Assembly: GCA_026770705.1 (NCBI GenBank)
Contig: JANJGN010000013.1
Span: forward strand, 117,738,001 to 117,802,000
DNA from: Isurus oxyrinchus
Taxonomy: Eukaryota
DNA: 64,000 nucleotides
Direction: 5' to 3'
Every line of letters starts with the position of its first letter. Position 1 is the first letter of the stretch. The position numbers were made by a program, and so were the translations under genes. The notes under the pieces are model-generated. The model did not search any database, was not told the origin of the DNA, and was given only the letters and a program-made list of their open reading frames with translations. Shown piece by piece: positions 13,260 to 26,466 of the stretch.

Positions 13260-13915
13260 CCAATACCAGGATATTATGCTGGCGGTTGGACGCAGAGAGA
13301 CATTTTCCCAATGCTGGCCAACTAAGTGGCCGCACTGGGGCTGCAATCCCTATTAAGGACGGCAGCCCTCCCCCTAGAGCTGCTGGCCCAATCACAGAAC
13401 TGGCAGCTCAGCAGGCCAGTGCTGAGGCTGCAGCTGCAGGTACATTGATGGCCAGGTGCCCTCAAAGTGGGCTGTGGGGGTCGGAGGACGCTGGGGTCAG
13501 TAGGCAGGATCCAACAATCAGGAGTGGTGGAGTTGGGGGGCTGTGGGTGGTAACAGGAAAGGATCCCTGAGAGCGCGCAATGTTATTGCTACAAGGGTGG
13601 CTATTGTCCCTCTGAGAGCCATGGAAGCCCCAAAAATGCCCAAGTTTAACTGAATGGTGTCCCCATGTGGTGGCGGACTGCTCCAGTGCAGGCAAAATGG
13701 CCACAGAGGCAGGAAGAGGCCCTTAATTGGCCACTTAAGTGGGTCAATTAGGCTCCCAAATGTAGCAGACCCATCAGCTTTCCCATTGCTGGCAAAATGA
13801 GATAATGGTGGGAAGACATTGGGCACAACCCCACCACCCCCCATGCCTTCCCGTGCCATTTTGCCAGTCTTCCTGCCTCCTATCCTATTGCCATGGGGCA
13901 AATAAAATTCTAGCC
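13260..13915. mobile_element. decayed Harbinger-type MITE
   Basis: ends ...TAAAATTCTAGCC; internal ccttaattggccacttaag motif shared with MITEs at ~34640 and ~45990. Confidence 0.55.
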
Positions 13916-14220
13916 AAGATCTTTATGTGCTATACAGTGTTTTGAACTCAATGTTCTTGGGTCGATTCCAAAGGTCTGTTACATTTCATCATTTTTATAT
14001 ATATATCTTACTGAGCTACTAATCATTTATTTAAATGTCCTCATAAGGTGTGCAGCTAGCTCTCTAAACTATATATATGACCGATGGATTAAGTTGTACT
14101 ATTAATTGACATCGTGAAATGCCGTCATCCGATATTGCTATTTCTATTCACTTTCCTTATATGTTAACTTTTTTAACTGAGGTAATTTCATTCAGCTTGT
14201 TTCAAAAACTATACTTGCTT

Positions 14221-16725
14221 TGTGAGATCAGAGGTTGGGAACTTCAACCCCCGACGAACCTCAGACTTTCTGAGCAGGCGCAGGAAAGGAGTGGGCTGCA
14301 CAAGTGCACTTCTATAATTTGTAAATCCTTTGGGCCCAGGACAGGCCCAGTGCACCTGCGCACAAAGAGGAAAAAAAGAAAGAAGGCGTAAAAACCTCGG
14401 TCAGGTGACTGAGTGTGGAGCAAAATGGCTGGCAAGTGACCCAGGCAGGGGACAGGGAGAGGGGAGAGAGGACAGGGAGAAGTCCAAAAGTAAAGTCCCA
14501 AGTAAGGGACAGAGACAGGGGACAGAAACAAGCCCAGTTAAGTTAAGGAAAAAGAAAGGAGCAGAGAAAGAGGCTCTGATTAAAGAAAAGGGTGCAGGTA
14601 GCAGACTTTAAGTGAGGTGGGCTTGGGAGAAGCCCTGGTAATTGAAGAGGGGTCAAGAGAAAGCCTGAAGATCCAAGAAGGCAGCTGAAGGCTGGTGACT
14701 CCTTGCTACAGGCTGGTTGGGCAAAGGTACCTCTTTGGAGTGGTAGAGTTCTGCTCAGTGCAGCCAGAGAGCTGAACTTGTGCTTGTGAGTTGGCGCTTG
14801 AATAAGTACTCAAGAATCCAGGAGAACGGGACACGAGATTGAAACCCAGCAAGGCGGGCCGTTGTTGAAGCCATCCAAGTTGGAGCGACTTTTGGAGAGA
14901 ATTCCAAGGCAAGATCTTCAAAAAGAAGATTGGAATCCCTTGTGTGAGAGATGTAGCTTCAGTGAGATTGGTTGATGCACAGTGTTACTGACATTTGGAT
15001 GGTTTGTTGAAAAATCTGTGGAATCTGTTTTGGTTGCATCTGTCATTTATTGTGCAGTGTGGTGTGTTTGACCACAATTTGCCTGTTGATTCATATGTAC
15101 ATCATATGTAAGATAGATATTGTAAATTACTTTATCTTTCTGACCTTGTCTAGTAAGGAAGACGGGAAATTACAGGCCGATTAGCCTGACCTTGGTCGTT
15201 GCTAAGATTTTAGAGTCCATTATTATGGATGAGATTTCAGAATACTTGGAATGCATGGTAAAATCGGGCAAAGTCAGCATGGTTTCATCAAGGGGAGGTC
15301 ATGCCTGACAAACCTGTTAGAATTCTTTCAGGAGGTAACAAGTAGGTTAGACAAAGGAGAGCCAATGGATGTTATCTACTTGGACTTCCAGAAGGCCTTT
15401 AACAAGGTGCCGCACAGGAGGCTGCTCAGTAAGATAAGAGCCCATGGTATTAGAGGCAAGGTATTAGCATGGATAGAAGATTGGCTGTCTGGCAGGAGGC
15501 AGAGAGTGGGGATAAGGGGGTCCTTCTCAGGATGGCGGCCAGTGACTAGTGGAGTTCCGCAGGGGTCAGTGTTGGGACCACAACTTTTCACTTTATACAT
15601 TAATGATCTAGATGAAGGAACTGAGAGCATCCTGGCTAAGTTTGCAGATGATACAAAGATAGGTGGAGGGACAGGTAGTATTGAGGAGGTGGGGAGGCTG
15701 CAGAAGGATTTGGACAGGTTAGGAGAATGGGCAAAGAAGTGGCAGATGGAATACAACGTGGGGATGTGTGAGGTCATGCACTTTGGTAGGAAGAATAGAG
15801 GCATTGACTATTTTCTCAATGGGGAGAGAATGCAGAAATCTGGAGTGCAAAAGGACTTGGGAGTCCTAGTCCAGGATTCTCTTAAGGTTAACTTGCAGGT
15901 TGAGTAGGTAGTTAGGAAGGCAAATGCAATGTTGGCATTTATTTCGAGAGGGCTAGAATATAAAAGCAGGGATGTGCTGCTGAGGCTTTATAAGGCTCTG
16001 GTCAGACCACATTTAGAATATTAGGAGCGATTTTGGGCCCTGTATCTCAGGAAGGATGTTCTGGCCCTGCAGAGGGTCCAGAGGAGGTTCACGAGAATGA
16101 TCCCAGGAATGAAAGGCTTAACATATGAGGAACTTTTGAGGACCCTGGCTCTATACTCGATGGAGTTTAGAAGGATGAGGGGGAACCTGATTGAAACTTA
16201 CAGAATACTGAAAGGCCTGGATAGAGTGGACGTGGAGAAGATGTCTCCATTAGTAGGAGAGACTAGGACCCAAGGGCACAGCCTCAGAGTAAAGGGAAGA
16301 CCTTTTAGAACAGAGATGAGGAGAAACTTCTTTAGCCAGATATGGTGAATCTATGGAATTCATTGCCACAGAAGGCTGTGGAGGCCAGGTCATTGAGTGT
16401 ATTTAAGACCGAGATAGGTTCTTGATTGGTAAGGTGATCAAAGGTTACGGGGAGAAGGCGGGAGAATGGAGTTGAGAAATTTATCAGCCATGATTGAATG
16501 GCGGAGCAGACTCGATGGGCCGATTGGCCTAATTTCTGCTCCTATGTCTCATGGTCTTATGGTTTACATTTGTTTATTTAAAGCCTGTGGAATCTTTTGG
16601 TTTTCTTTGCTGTGCAAGTGTCTTGAATTTCAAACTTTGTCTACTTTAAATAAAACATTATTGGTCCCTAGCTGACTCTTACCAAAGGCTTGGGGGTCTG
16701 GTCAAGGATCAAAACAAACCTCACA
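14221..16725 (+). mobile_element. probable solo LTR split by a CR1 insertion
   Basis: TGTGAG...CTCACA terminal inverted hexamer; the sequence resumes after the CR1 and carries AATAAA near its end; no TSD found. Confidence 0.45.
15156..16563 (+). mobile_element. 5'-truncated CR1 LINE (RT domain to 3' UTR)
   Basis: QHGFIKGRSCLTNL, YLDFQKAF, SGVPQGSVLGPQLF, KFADDTK; in-frame stops; short tandem 3' tail. Confidence 0.93.
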
Positions 16726-18227
16726 CAATACCATGTACAGGCACGTTTTTTTCATTTGGGACGGTAAGCATACAAATGCTTGATTTTTCTTAGGGCCAGC
16801 CTTTAAATTTTAGCAAGGAAAGGAAAAGCATGAGATTTTGTGTTCAACTTCTGCTGTTCTTTATCATTTATTCCACCGTCCTTCTTCAAGGCACTGGCTT
16901 TTATCGGGGTCTGGTTCACTGGGTGGGAGGCAGCAGTTCTTCTGATCCTGCTCTCAAGTGCAGGTTCAGAGTATGAGAAAACTATTTTTCCTTGGAGAAC
17001 ATCACAGCTGAGTCCAATCCTTTGTCTAAAAAAATCATGCATTTGCATTTTTCAACAGAAACAATGAGATATCAATTCAGAGTGGGAATCCCCCTGATGT
17101 GTTTTAATCTCCCTAGTACAAGGACATTGCGGCCACTTATGGTACTTCAACTGCTTCCCCTGCTGAAATCAACCCACTGAGTAGAAGCCTGAACCTCTGG
17201 TCTGTAACTCTGTGTAATGCATTATGCAGCATATTGACCCACTAAACAATTGGGGAAACTGGATTTTTAAGCTGAAGCTTTAAAACTAAAATCTGTGGAC
17301 AGCAGTAATGTTTATGAACTTTTTCAATTTGCGGGAACGTAAAAGCATGAGATTCTGTGTTAACTCCCGCACTCATGTAATTTAATTTAAGTTTTAATTT
17401 AGGAATTTTTCACCATTAAGAATGTACGAACCAAACAGTTAAGTGTAACAAGGCTACTAATAGTTAATCTACCCTCTTCCACAAATCCCTGTTGATATGA
17501 TCCTTGTTACAAGCAATAAACATATCACGAAGCAGCTAATGAGAAGCTCAATGTTCTTTTCCTATTAAATGATTCCTTTCCACTCAGCAATTCATAAATC
17601 TCTAAAAGGACAAAATTCATGAAATACATGAATACTGCTGTCCCCTATCCAAGTTCCTTATTACATTTTTCTCATAATCCTGGACAAGATACAAGAAAAA
17701 TTTGTAATTCAATAGGGAATCATTTCCAGAATCCAATCTTTATCCTATTCCATTACAATGTTTTTGTTTCTCTATTATATCAATGCTATAATTTCAGCAT
17801 TGCTCTAGATCTTCATCTAAATTCCAAATATATTGTGCTTCATGATCTTGTTTCATCATATACCCCAATATATTAAAATCAAAACATATCACACAGTTTC
17901 CTATGCTAACTTCTTAGGACCTTAATATTATGGAACATCTTACCTCTTTCAGTCTTTCCTTTCTCCAATAATCTTTAAGATCTTAAAACCCAAATTTGGC
18001 ATTTCCTTATTATTACTTCCTGCTTTACTTTGTGTTCTCTTTCACTCTTCTCAATCTTGATGGTGTTCTGCATTATGGGCCTTGGCACTTCACCTTGGTC
18101 ACTCACTTTTTATTTTAGATCAGTTGATTGACACCTTCAGAAAGAACGCAGAGAAATGGCCTATGTATAAATCACTGTTTGCTTTCAATACATATTTTTA
18201 TGTGTAATTACTTTCCTGTCATTTCAG

Positions 18228-18285
18228 AACTACCATATGGTTGGGAGAAAATAGATGATCCACTCTATGGCACCTATTATGTTGA
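18228..18285 (+). CDS. MAGI2: MAGI2 internal exon (start of second WW domain)
   Basis: tttcag acceptor, gtaag donor; encodes (E)[18 protein letters not shown](D), matching vertebrate MAGI2 WW2 as recalled; 58 nt. Confidence 0.95.
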
Positions 18286-18769
18286 GTAAGTTTGCTGAAC
18301 AGTATCTTTTTACTAATAGTTCAGAAAAAATATAAGTGGATCACAGATTTACAGAAGAAATTTTCAAAGTGCTTGCATTGTGTGTGGCATTTATTACTTC
18401 ATTCTACAATTTCATTGAATGTTCAGCTTTTCATCATGCTTTCATTTTTTTCCTTTATGGTGAACTGTGGCATCAACCGTTTCATATAGAGATTCTTGTA
18501 AATGTGAATTATGATTACAAAATGATGAGCATCACAGGATAAATAACTTGTTCTCTTTATGATGCTAAAACTATCAGACATACATACATATTGGTATCTT
18601 TAAGACCTGAACAATATAATGAGTATGTCTTTGTTTTTTGTCACCTCTCGCTGTCTCCTGGATTTTTTCTTCCTTGCATATTTCCTACTCTTGATTACTC
18701 TTATTTCAATGCTTTTTTGTGCCATTCTTCTGCTCTTGCTATTTTTCTTTTTTCCATATGATGCTTTAG

Positions 18770-18891
18770 TCACATAAATCGAAAAACCCAGTTTGAAAAT
18801 CCTGTTCTCGAAGCAAAGAAGAAGTTGCAGCAGCAACGTCCAATGCAGCAGGATCTAGTGCCCTACCCTATGCCAGCACCAGGTTTCCGAG
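18770..18891 (+). CDS. MAGI2: MAGI2 internal exon (end of WW2 plus linker)
   Basis: ctttag acceptor, gtaat donor; (D)HINRKTQFENPVLEAKKKLQQQRPMQQDLVPYPMPAPGFR(E); phase-compatible with both neighbouring exons. Confidence 0.95.
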
Positions 18892-19756
18892 GTAATATCG
18901 TTATGATACTGTATGTAAATGGCATAAAATTTGAAATGTTGTATGCTTTGTTATTGTGATGCCTTTTTTACGTGAAGTTTATTACTGTTAGTGTATCTTT
19001 ATTAACTTTTAGAGGATTTTCAATATGTTTCAGGTCTAATGCATAAAGCAAATATAATGTAATTAAAGCATCAATCATAGCAGAAATGATGCTGTAGCTA
19101 CAACTTAGGACATATTAGAATTGGTGGAGATTAATATTCTTTTGAATTAAGTAGCATGGACTATCAATATTCTATAGAGTATAGTCATTATTCATAAGAT
19201 CAAGGCCTAAGAATGAGGGTTTTTCTCCTTTATAACTGTAGAAGGCTCATCATCAACATTACCTAGACCCAAACATACCTGCCCAGGCTCTCTGCCTCAG
19301 CGGTCGCGCAGTACGAATGACCTGTCTCAGTATCGGAGTGACAGTGCTGGAATGTACAGGCTGTATGGTATGTCAAAGTGCAACTTCACAGTCAAGCTGC
19401 ACTGTTGTAAAGCAGACATTTGTAGTGGGGAATTCTACATCACAGCTTATTATTTGTTGTCAAAGGCACTGGAAGTGGAATGTGGTCTTCTGTTACCTGC
19501 TTTAGCATGCTTACAGTAATTGTTTTTAACCCTTTCATTTTTACATTGTACAAAGTTTGCTTTTATTTGCTAAAATCTCCAATAAATGATGAGCTATGAA
19601 ATTGGTATCAATTTTTTGTATTGATCATTGTAAAATTAATAAACCAGTCTTTTTTTACAGATTTGAGACTAAAAGGGTTAAAAATAAAAATAAAAACCGC
19701 ACACTCTCAGTGCCTTTAGCACTGTGATGGCACAAGTCTCACAAACACTTTTTTAA

Positions 19757-19975
<219 letters not shown>

Positions 19976-20249
19976 TGAATCAGTAAAGACCAAATGTCCT
20001 CTTTTTGTGCTGTGACCATTCTCTGATTCTGAATGGGACCTTTAGTTGAATAAATGTCCCAAGGTGCTCAAAAGGAACATTATAAAGCAAAATTAGACAC
20101 TGAGTTCATAGCAGTATAAGAACAGTTGGCCAAAACCTTGCTCAAAGTAGTAGTTTTTAAGGGGTATCTTAAAGGAATGAAGGTTGAGAGGTTAAGGGAG
20201 GAAATTCCACAGGTTAGGGCCTGGGCAGCTGAAGCCACTAATTTTTTTA

Positions 20250-21100
20250 AAATTCATTTAAGGATGTGCACTACCCTGGCTAGCCCAGCATTTATTGCCC
20301 ATCCCTCATTTCCCTTGAGAAGGTGGTGGCGAGCTGCCTTCTTGAACCGCTACGGTCCATGTGGTGTAGGTACACCCACAGTGCTGTTAGGGAGGGAGTA
20401 CCAGGATTTTGACCCAGCAACAGTGAAGGAATGGCGATATATTTCCAAGTCAGGATGCTGAGTGCTTGGAGGGGAACGTCCAGGTGGTGGTATTTCCATA
20501 TATCTGCTGCCCTTTCCTTCAAGATGGTAGTGGTCGTGGGCTTGGAAGGTGCTGTCTAAGGAGTCTTGGTGAGTTTCTGCAGTGCATCCTGTAAATGGTA
20601 CACACTGCTGCTATTATGCGTTGGTGGTGGAGGGAGTGAATGTTTATGAATGGCGTCCCAATCAAGCAGACTGCTTTATCCTGGATGGTGTCAAGCTTCT
20701 TGAGTGTTGTTGGAGCTGCACTCATCCAGGCAAGTGGGGAATATTCCACTACACTCCTGACTTGTGCTTTGTAGATTGTGGACAGTCCTTGGAGAGTCAA
20801 GAGATGAGTCGCTCATCGCGTGATTCCTAGCCTCTGACCAGCTCTTGTAGCCACTGTATTTATATAGCTAGTCCAGTTTAGATTCTGGTCAATGGTAACC
20901 CCCAAGATGCTGATAGTGGGGGATTCAGTGATGGTGATGCCATTGAATGTCAAGGGGAAGGTTATATTCTCTCTTGTTGGAGATGGTCATTGCCTGGCAC
21001 TTGTGTGGCACAAATGTAACTGGCCACTTGTCAGCCCAAGCCTGGCTGTTGTCCAGGTCTTGCTGCATTTGGACATGGACTGGTTCAGTGCCTGAGGAGC
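20250..21100 (-). mobile_element. 3' fragment of the tRNA-headed LINE family, inside an L2 relic
   Basis: IYKAQVRSVVEYSPLAWMSAAPTTLKKLDTIQDKA; same 3' tail as 26467-29664. Confidence 0.85.
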
Positions 21101-21224
21101 AATGGTGGAGCAATTAAAAATCAGGAATGCTCAGGAGGTCTGAATTGGATGAGCATAGATATCTCAGAGGATTGTGGGGCTGGAGGAGATCACAAAGATA
21201 GGCAGAGGTGAGGCCATGGAGGGA

Positions 21225-22170
21225 TTTGGCCTGTCATGTCCATGCCAGCTCTCCGCAAGAGCAACTTAGCTAGGACCACTCCCCTCCTTTTTCCCATAGC
21301 TGTGCAAATTTTTCCTCTTCAAGTAATTATCCAATTCTGTTTTGAAAACCATATTTGGAAACCATGATTGAATAGTCTCAGGTAATACATTCCAGATCCT
21401 AACCACACACTGCATAAAATAGTTTTCCTTTTCTTTGGTTCTTTTGCCTTTCACTTTAAATTGGTGGCCTCTGGTTCTCCCCTTCAACCAATGGGAACAA
21501 TTCTCCCTATCTATCCTGTCCAGACCCCTCATGATTTTGTACACCTCTAACAAATCTCCTCTCAACCTGCTCTCCTCTAAGGGAACAGCCCCAATTTCTC
21601 CAATCTATCCACGTAAATGAAGTCCCTTATCCCTGGAACCATTCTCATAAAGCTTTTCTGTACCCACCCTAACGCTTTTGCATCCTTCCCAATTGTAGTA
21701 CCCAGAATTGGGCACAAGGTTTAAGTTGAGGCCGAACCAGTGTTATGTGCAGGTGCACTACAACTTCCTTGCTTTTGTACTCTTTGCCCTTATTTATAAA
21801 GCCCAAGATCCCATATTCCTTATTAACCACTTTCTCAACCTGCCTGCCACCTTCAATGAGTTGTACCTGCACCCTATTTAGAATTGTCACTCCTTTATTT
21901 AATACTGTATCTCCTGGTTCTCCCTGCCAAAATAAGTCATTTCACACTTCTCTGCATTACATTTCATCTGCCACATGTCTGCCCATTCCACCAGCCTGTC
22001 TATGTCCTCTTCAAGTCTGTCCCTATCCTCCTCACAGTTCACAATATTTCCAAGTTTTGTGTCATCCGCAAATTTTGATATTGTGCCTTGTGTACTCAAG
22101 TCTAGGTCATTAATATGGATCTAAAAAAGCAGTGATCCTAGTACTGAATCTGGGGAACCTTCCTCCAACC
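21225..22170 (-). mobile_element. decayed CR1 LINE
   Basis: ISKFADDTKLG; RGDLLEVYKIMRGLDR. Confidence 0.85.
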
Positions 22171-22989
22171 ACCAAGGTACCTAATCACCAACATCTAATA
22201 TTCCCTACTCAAGTCTGGTCCTGCCATGATGCGCCAATTGTAGGAGATTCAGCAACCAGACAATAAATCTTAGGCAAGGAGGCACTTGTTGCAGTGGAAC
22301 CAGAACAATTTATTAAGCAACAAAAGCTTTACTTAGCAAGTCAAGGCAATCAGTATCCTAGTTCAGATAGTTTTTTGTTGCCAGAAATAAGATATTGTGG
22401 CTGCTGTAACCTTATAATGAAAATATGTCTGTTAACCGCATTTTTCTAAAATATAGCTGTTTAGGAAATATAAAATACTTTTCCTATGTCAATTCTATTA
22501 TTACTTACGAATTATTCATTGACAGGTAAATTCAGCAGCAGTATACTGGTTCACTATTAAAATAGAGATAAAGTAGTTGATTTTTTTGCATATGCTGTCA
22601 AAAATTGAAATATGTATCATGAAGTGAGCAGGAAATGTTGAGAAATTTGATTGTGTGGCTTGCTTTGTTTGATAACAACTGTGAGGCACATAAAATCACC
22701 TGTCATATTTGATTGCCAAACCTGGGATCTATAGCGCCTGAATTCTTCACAAAAAACAGTTATGGATCAAGAAGGTGATTCAGTCCATTTTAGTTTATCT
22801 ATTCAGAATGACCCTAAGGCCCCCACATTGCAGCATCAATTGCTTCTTGTATTTGTCAGCTTTGCATAATATTCATTAAGTCTGTGATAATTCATTGATT
22901 TACTTTACACTAAAGAAGGAATACCCAGAACAAATGCTTAACTTCATGTAAGTTTTACCTTATTGTTCCATTTCATTCTCTCCCTCTAG

Positions 22990-23622
22990 GTGATGTGATT
23001 GTCTATATAAATGACATCTGTGTCCTAGGATATACTCATGCTGAAGTAGTCAAAATTTTCCAATCTATCCCAATTGGTCAATGTGTCAATCTTGTATTAT
23101 GCCGTGGGTACCTTTTACCCTTTGACCCTGATGATCCAAACAACAGCATGGTGCCTCCGTTAACATTAGTGGACCGACAACCAGTCCAAGTAAATGGGCG
23201 AAATAATTATGACACATATGTGGAGTTTGGTTCCCGGACCTCTCGTTCAGCACCAGACATCTCTGACCAGCATTTACATTCCTTTAATCCAATCCTCACT
23301 GATAGTCAGATGGATGGAACATTATCAGCAGTTCAGGAGGATAGCATCTCTATGGCCTCTTCTGGAGCCACTCAGTGTGAATTCAAGACGATTGCTATTG
23401 TGAAAGGAGCGCAGGGCTTTGGCTTTACCATAGCAGATAGTCCCAAAGGACAGCGAGTGAAACAAATCCTAGATATTCAAGGCTGTGGAGGCCTGAATGA
23501 AGGTGATCTAATCATAGAGATTAATCAGCAAAATGTGCAGACTCTCAGTCATACCCAAGTAGTGGAGATTTTAAAGGAATGTTCTGTTGGAACTGAAATC
23601 AGTTTGGTCATCCAGAGGAGTG
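22990..23622 (+). CDS. MAGI2: MAGI2 large internal exon (end of one PDZ, linker, complete next PDZ)
   Basis: ctctag acceptor, gtaagt donor; (G)DVIVYINDICVLGYTHAEVV...KGAQGFGFTIADSPKGQRVKQILDIQGC...SLVIQRS(G); 633 nt; overlaps ORF 22995..23657. Confidence 0.96.
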
Positions 23623-23779
23623 GTAAGTCAGACTTTTCAAATTTACTTTATTGTTAAAGATGGCAATTAAAAAATATCTTGAGGTGTTTTGATCTGGCTG
23701 ATATTTATTTAATGGTGGTGACTTAAATAAATAACAGTATTATGCAAACATGATAACTTCAACCTAAAATGAACGTATT

Positions 23780-24510
23780 GGCCCAGATTTTCCATTGAGA
23801 ATGACAGTGAGGCTATCAACACACTGCTATCTGATTTGCTCAATAACAACTTCCTGACAACACATGCATACACACAACACAGTTAAACATGGAAATCTGG
23901 AAGCTGTGGTCTGAGTTACCCTGCTGTTCCACAGACTGTGCCATGGCATTAAAATCAATTTAAGGGCATGAAGTTGGTGTACTTAACTACTAAACATGAC
24001 AGTAAAGATTAGAGCTAGTATATTCAAGAGAAAATAAACTTTTAGTGGCATGATCCATCCTAGTTACTGCCAAACAACTGCTCTGTCACTGAAAATAATT
24101 TTTATAACTTTACAAACGTGAGTCTAACTCCAGAATTTAATTAATGGTGGAGATTTTTAATTTTTTTAACTTTGTCTGTCACTTATCTCTTTCTCTCTTA
24201 ATCCCATCTTTGCTATCATTCATTTTGCTTTCTAGATGTGAATTAACTCTAATTTATAATGCTTGGTTTATAGCTCCTGATTTAAAATATGCATGGCTCA
24301 GTGAGGATTCTTCAGTCTGATTGATTGAAGAGCCTCGCTGTTGCTTCCCATGCTCATACACACCACAGATCCCCTGTAGAGGGTACTATCCTGGGATCAG
24401 ACACTGAATGAGAGTGAGTCTATGCCAAAAACATGCAAAATCTCTAGGCAACTGTCAACATAGTGAACAATGGGCTTTGTTGCTTCACTGCTGATGGCAA
24501 AATCCCTTAT
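23780..24510. mobile_element. possible old MITE
   Basis: GGCCCAGATTTT...AAAATCCC termini resembling the Harbinger-type TIR. Confidence 0.35.
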
Positions 24511-25139
24511 CTTTTGCTGGTTTAAGTTATTGTACATTTTTCAGAAATGATGTACAAATTGATTGTCCTACACAATATTGTCATCATTCTGATATCTGAC
24601 ATGGCAAGATAGAACTCTTGTGACTGATCCATTTTAAAAATAATTTCTGTAAGTTATTGTACTAGTATTCTAGCTATTGTAGATTTGGCTGTCAAGAGTA
24701 TCCATAGTAACATAGTAGAATTGTTGGAATGTGAAAATACCTATCAGGACTTGTGTGGATTCTAGAACTTCAAAACAATGGGCCCCTCAAATAATCAATT
24801 AATTAACCAATAGAAACAAACACGTGATCAGTTAGCATTCCAAACAAATTACACTGGGATGAACGATAACTTCATTCTGTAAATGCAATATGTATGTTGC
24901 AATACACACATTAAATGCTTTAATCCACTTCTCTGGCATCCTTATACATGAATGAAATGTCAGTACACGACTGACAAAGCAAACATCTGTATATTTTACA
25001 TCTGATTAATGTATATGCTGTAGTTTATTATTGTCTCTCCACACAATTAAATTGTTCACATTAATCTTGTGAATGATTATAAAGAATTAGATGCGGAGAA
25101 ATACTTAGTTGAGTAAGCTATAAAACTGTTGTAAATTAA

Positions 25140-25834
25140 TGGCCAGCCAGCATGAAACGTGTGCTAAGAGCCTCCGGGCTGCCAAGGTGGGACAGGAGTA
25201 GTGCAAGTGCTGAAGTCTGTACGTGTGCGGAGGAGCGTGCACTGAAAGCTCCCTGAAGACACAGAGCTGCCTCAGAGAGCTGAAGGATTTTAAATACAAA
25301 AGTAAACATTTTACAAATGATATAAATATTTCCCCACATGTGACTCAGTGACATGAAGAGGGACATGTAAAAACTAATGTTAAAAATTTTTTACACACAA
25401 AAACAAAAAATGCTGGAAAAACTCAGCAGGTCTGACAGCATCTGTGGAGAGAAAGACAGAGTTAACGTTTCAAGTCCATATGACTCTTCTTCAGAGTAAA
25501 AGTGTTTTACATTTTTTTTAGTAACCCTTGGAAACCTCATCCCGCCCATGGATGAGGCTTCATAAAAATACAAAGGACGCCTGGCCTATTGGCTTGCCCA
25601 CCAACCGAAACGTTTGAGCGGGCAGCGAAAAATGCAAATTAATTAATTGCTTAAGGGCCTTAATAGGTCTCTTAATTGTCAGCGGGCACGCTACCGCCTC
25701 TCGTGCACACCCACTGACTGAAAGATTGCAAGGAGTATGCAATAATGCCAGGATGCTCGCCCAATGTCATCGCGCACTATTTCACTCCCGTTTTGGTTGT
25801 GCATGTGCTCGCCCATGGGATGAAAAATTCTGCC
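25140..25834. mobile_element. Harbinger-type MITE carrying a Penelope-tail insertion
   Basis: homologous to 1360-2030; ends AAAATTCTGCCC. Confidence 0.7.
25459..25497 (-). ncRNA. minimal hammerhead ribozyme motif in a ~100-bp Penelope tail fragment (25395-25497)
   Basis: reverse complement reads CUGAAGA-A-GAGUC-auaug-GACUU-GAAA-CG-UU-AACU; the 5' arm of stem I is degenerate or truncated. Confidence 0.6.
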
Positions 25835-26466
25835 CTTGGGAACACAAATCAAGTTTAAGTAACTCACTCTTATAACTTAACCCATGAGCTATGGTATCAG
25901 TGTGGTATCATTCACATTCTGCTGAATCTGCATTGCACCCCTCTAAGGTCAATATATTCTTCCTGAGATGCAGCACCCAAAACAAAACACACTACTTTTG
26001 AGCTCTTAGGATGAATCTGTACAATTTAAAGATAACTTATTTCACTAAAAGGCTAAAATTTCATCAGCCTTTTTGATTAAATTTTGAACCCGTGCATAGT
26101 TTTTAATGATTTGTGTACATGGACACCCAGATCTCTTTGCTCCTTCCCAGTTCCTAGTCTCTCATATTTAAGAAGTTACTTTCATTTTCTTACTTGGATC
26201 CAAAGTGGATGACCTCACACTTCCCTACATTGAACTCTACTACAGTTTTGCCCACTCGCTCACTTAATCTCCCTGTATCCTTCAACAGCTTCCTACTCCC
26301 ATCAACACAATTTAATGTGCCTCATGACCATTTCAATATCTCAATTTCTTCATTTACAGTGATTCCATGTTATAAGGATTAATTTCACTATTTCATGCAT
26401 GTTATTTCTAATATAAGAAGTTTATATCTTGCATTCTCATACAATGTTTACAGTTTTCAAGGGTGA

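Noticed and set aside
11100-13900. dense cluster of overlapping short ORFs as novel genes
   Set aside because: Expected by-product of GC-rich transposon DNA; no coherent host splice structure
1-18227. upstream MAGI2 exon encoding the end of WW1
   Set aside because: No matching peptide with splice sites was seen by eye; it probably lies before the window
22995-23657. stand-alone 220-aa PDZ gene
   Set aside because: It is a MAGI2 exon bounded by AG/GT at 22990-23622; the ORF tail is intronic read-through
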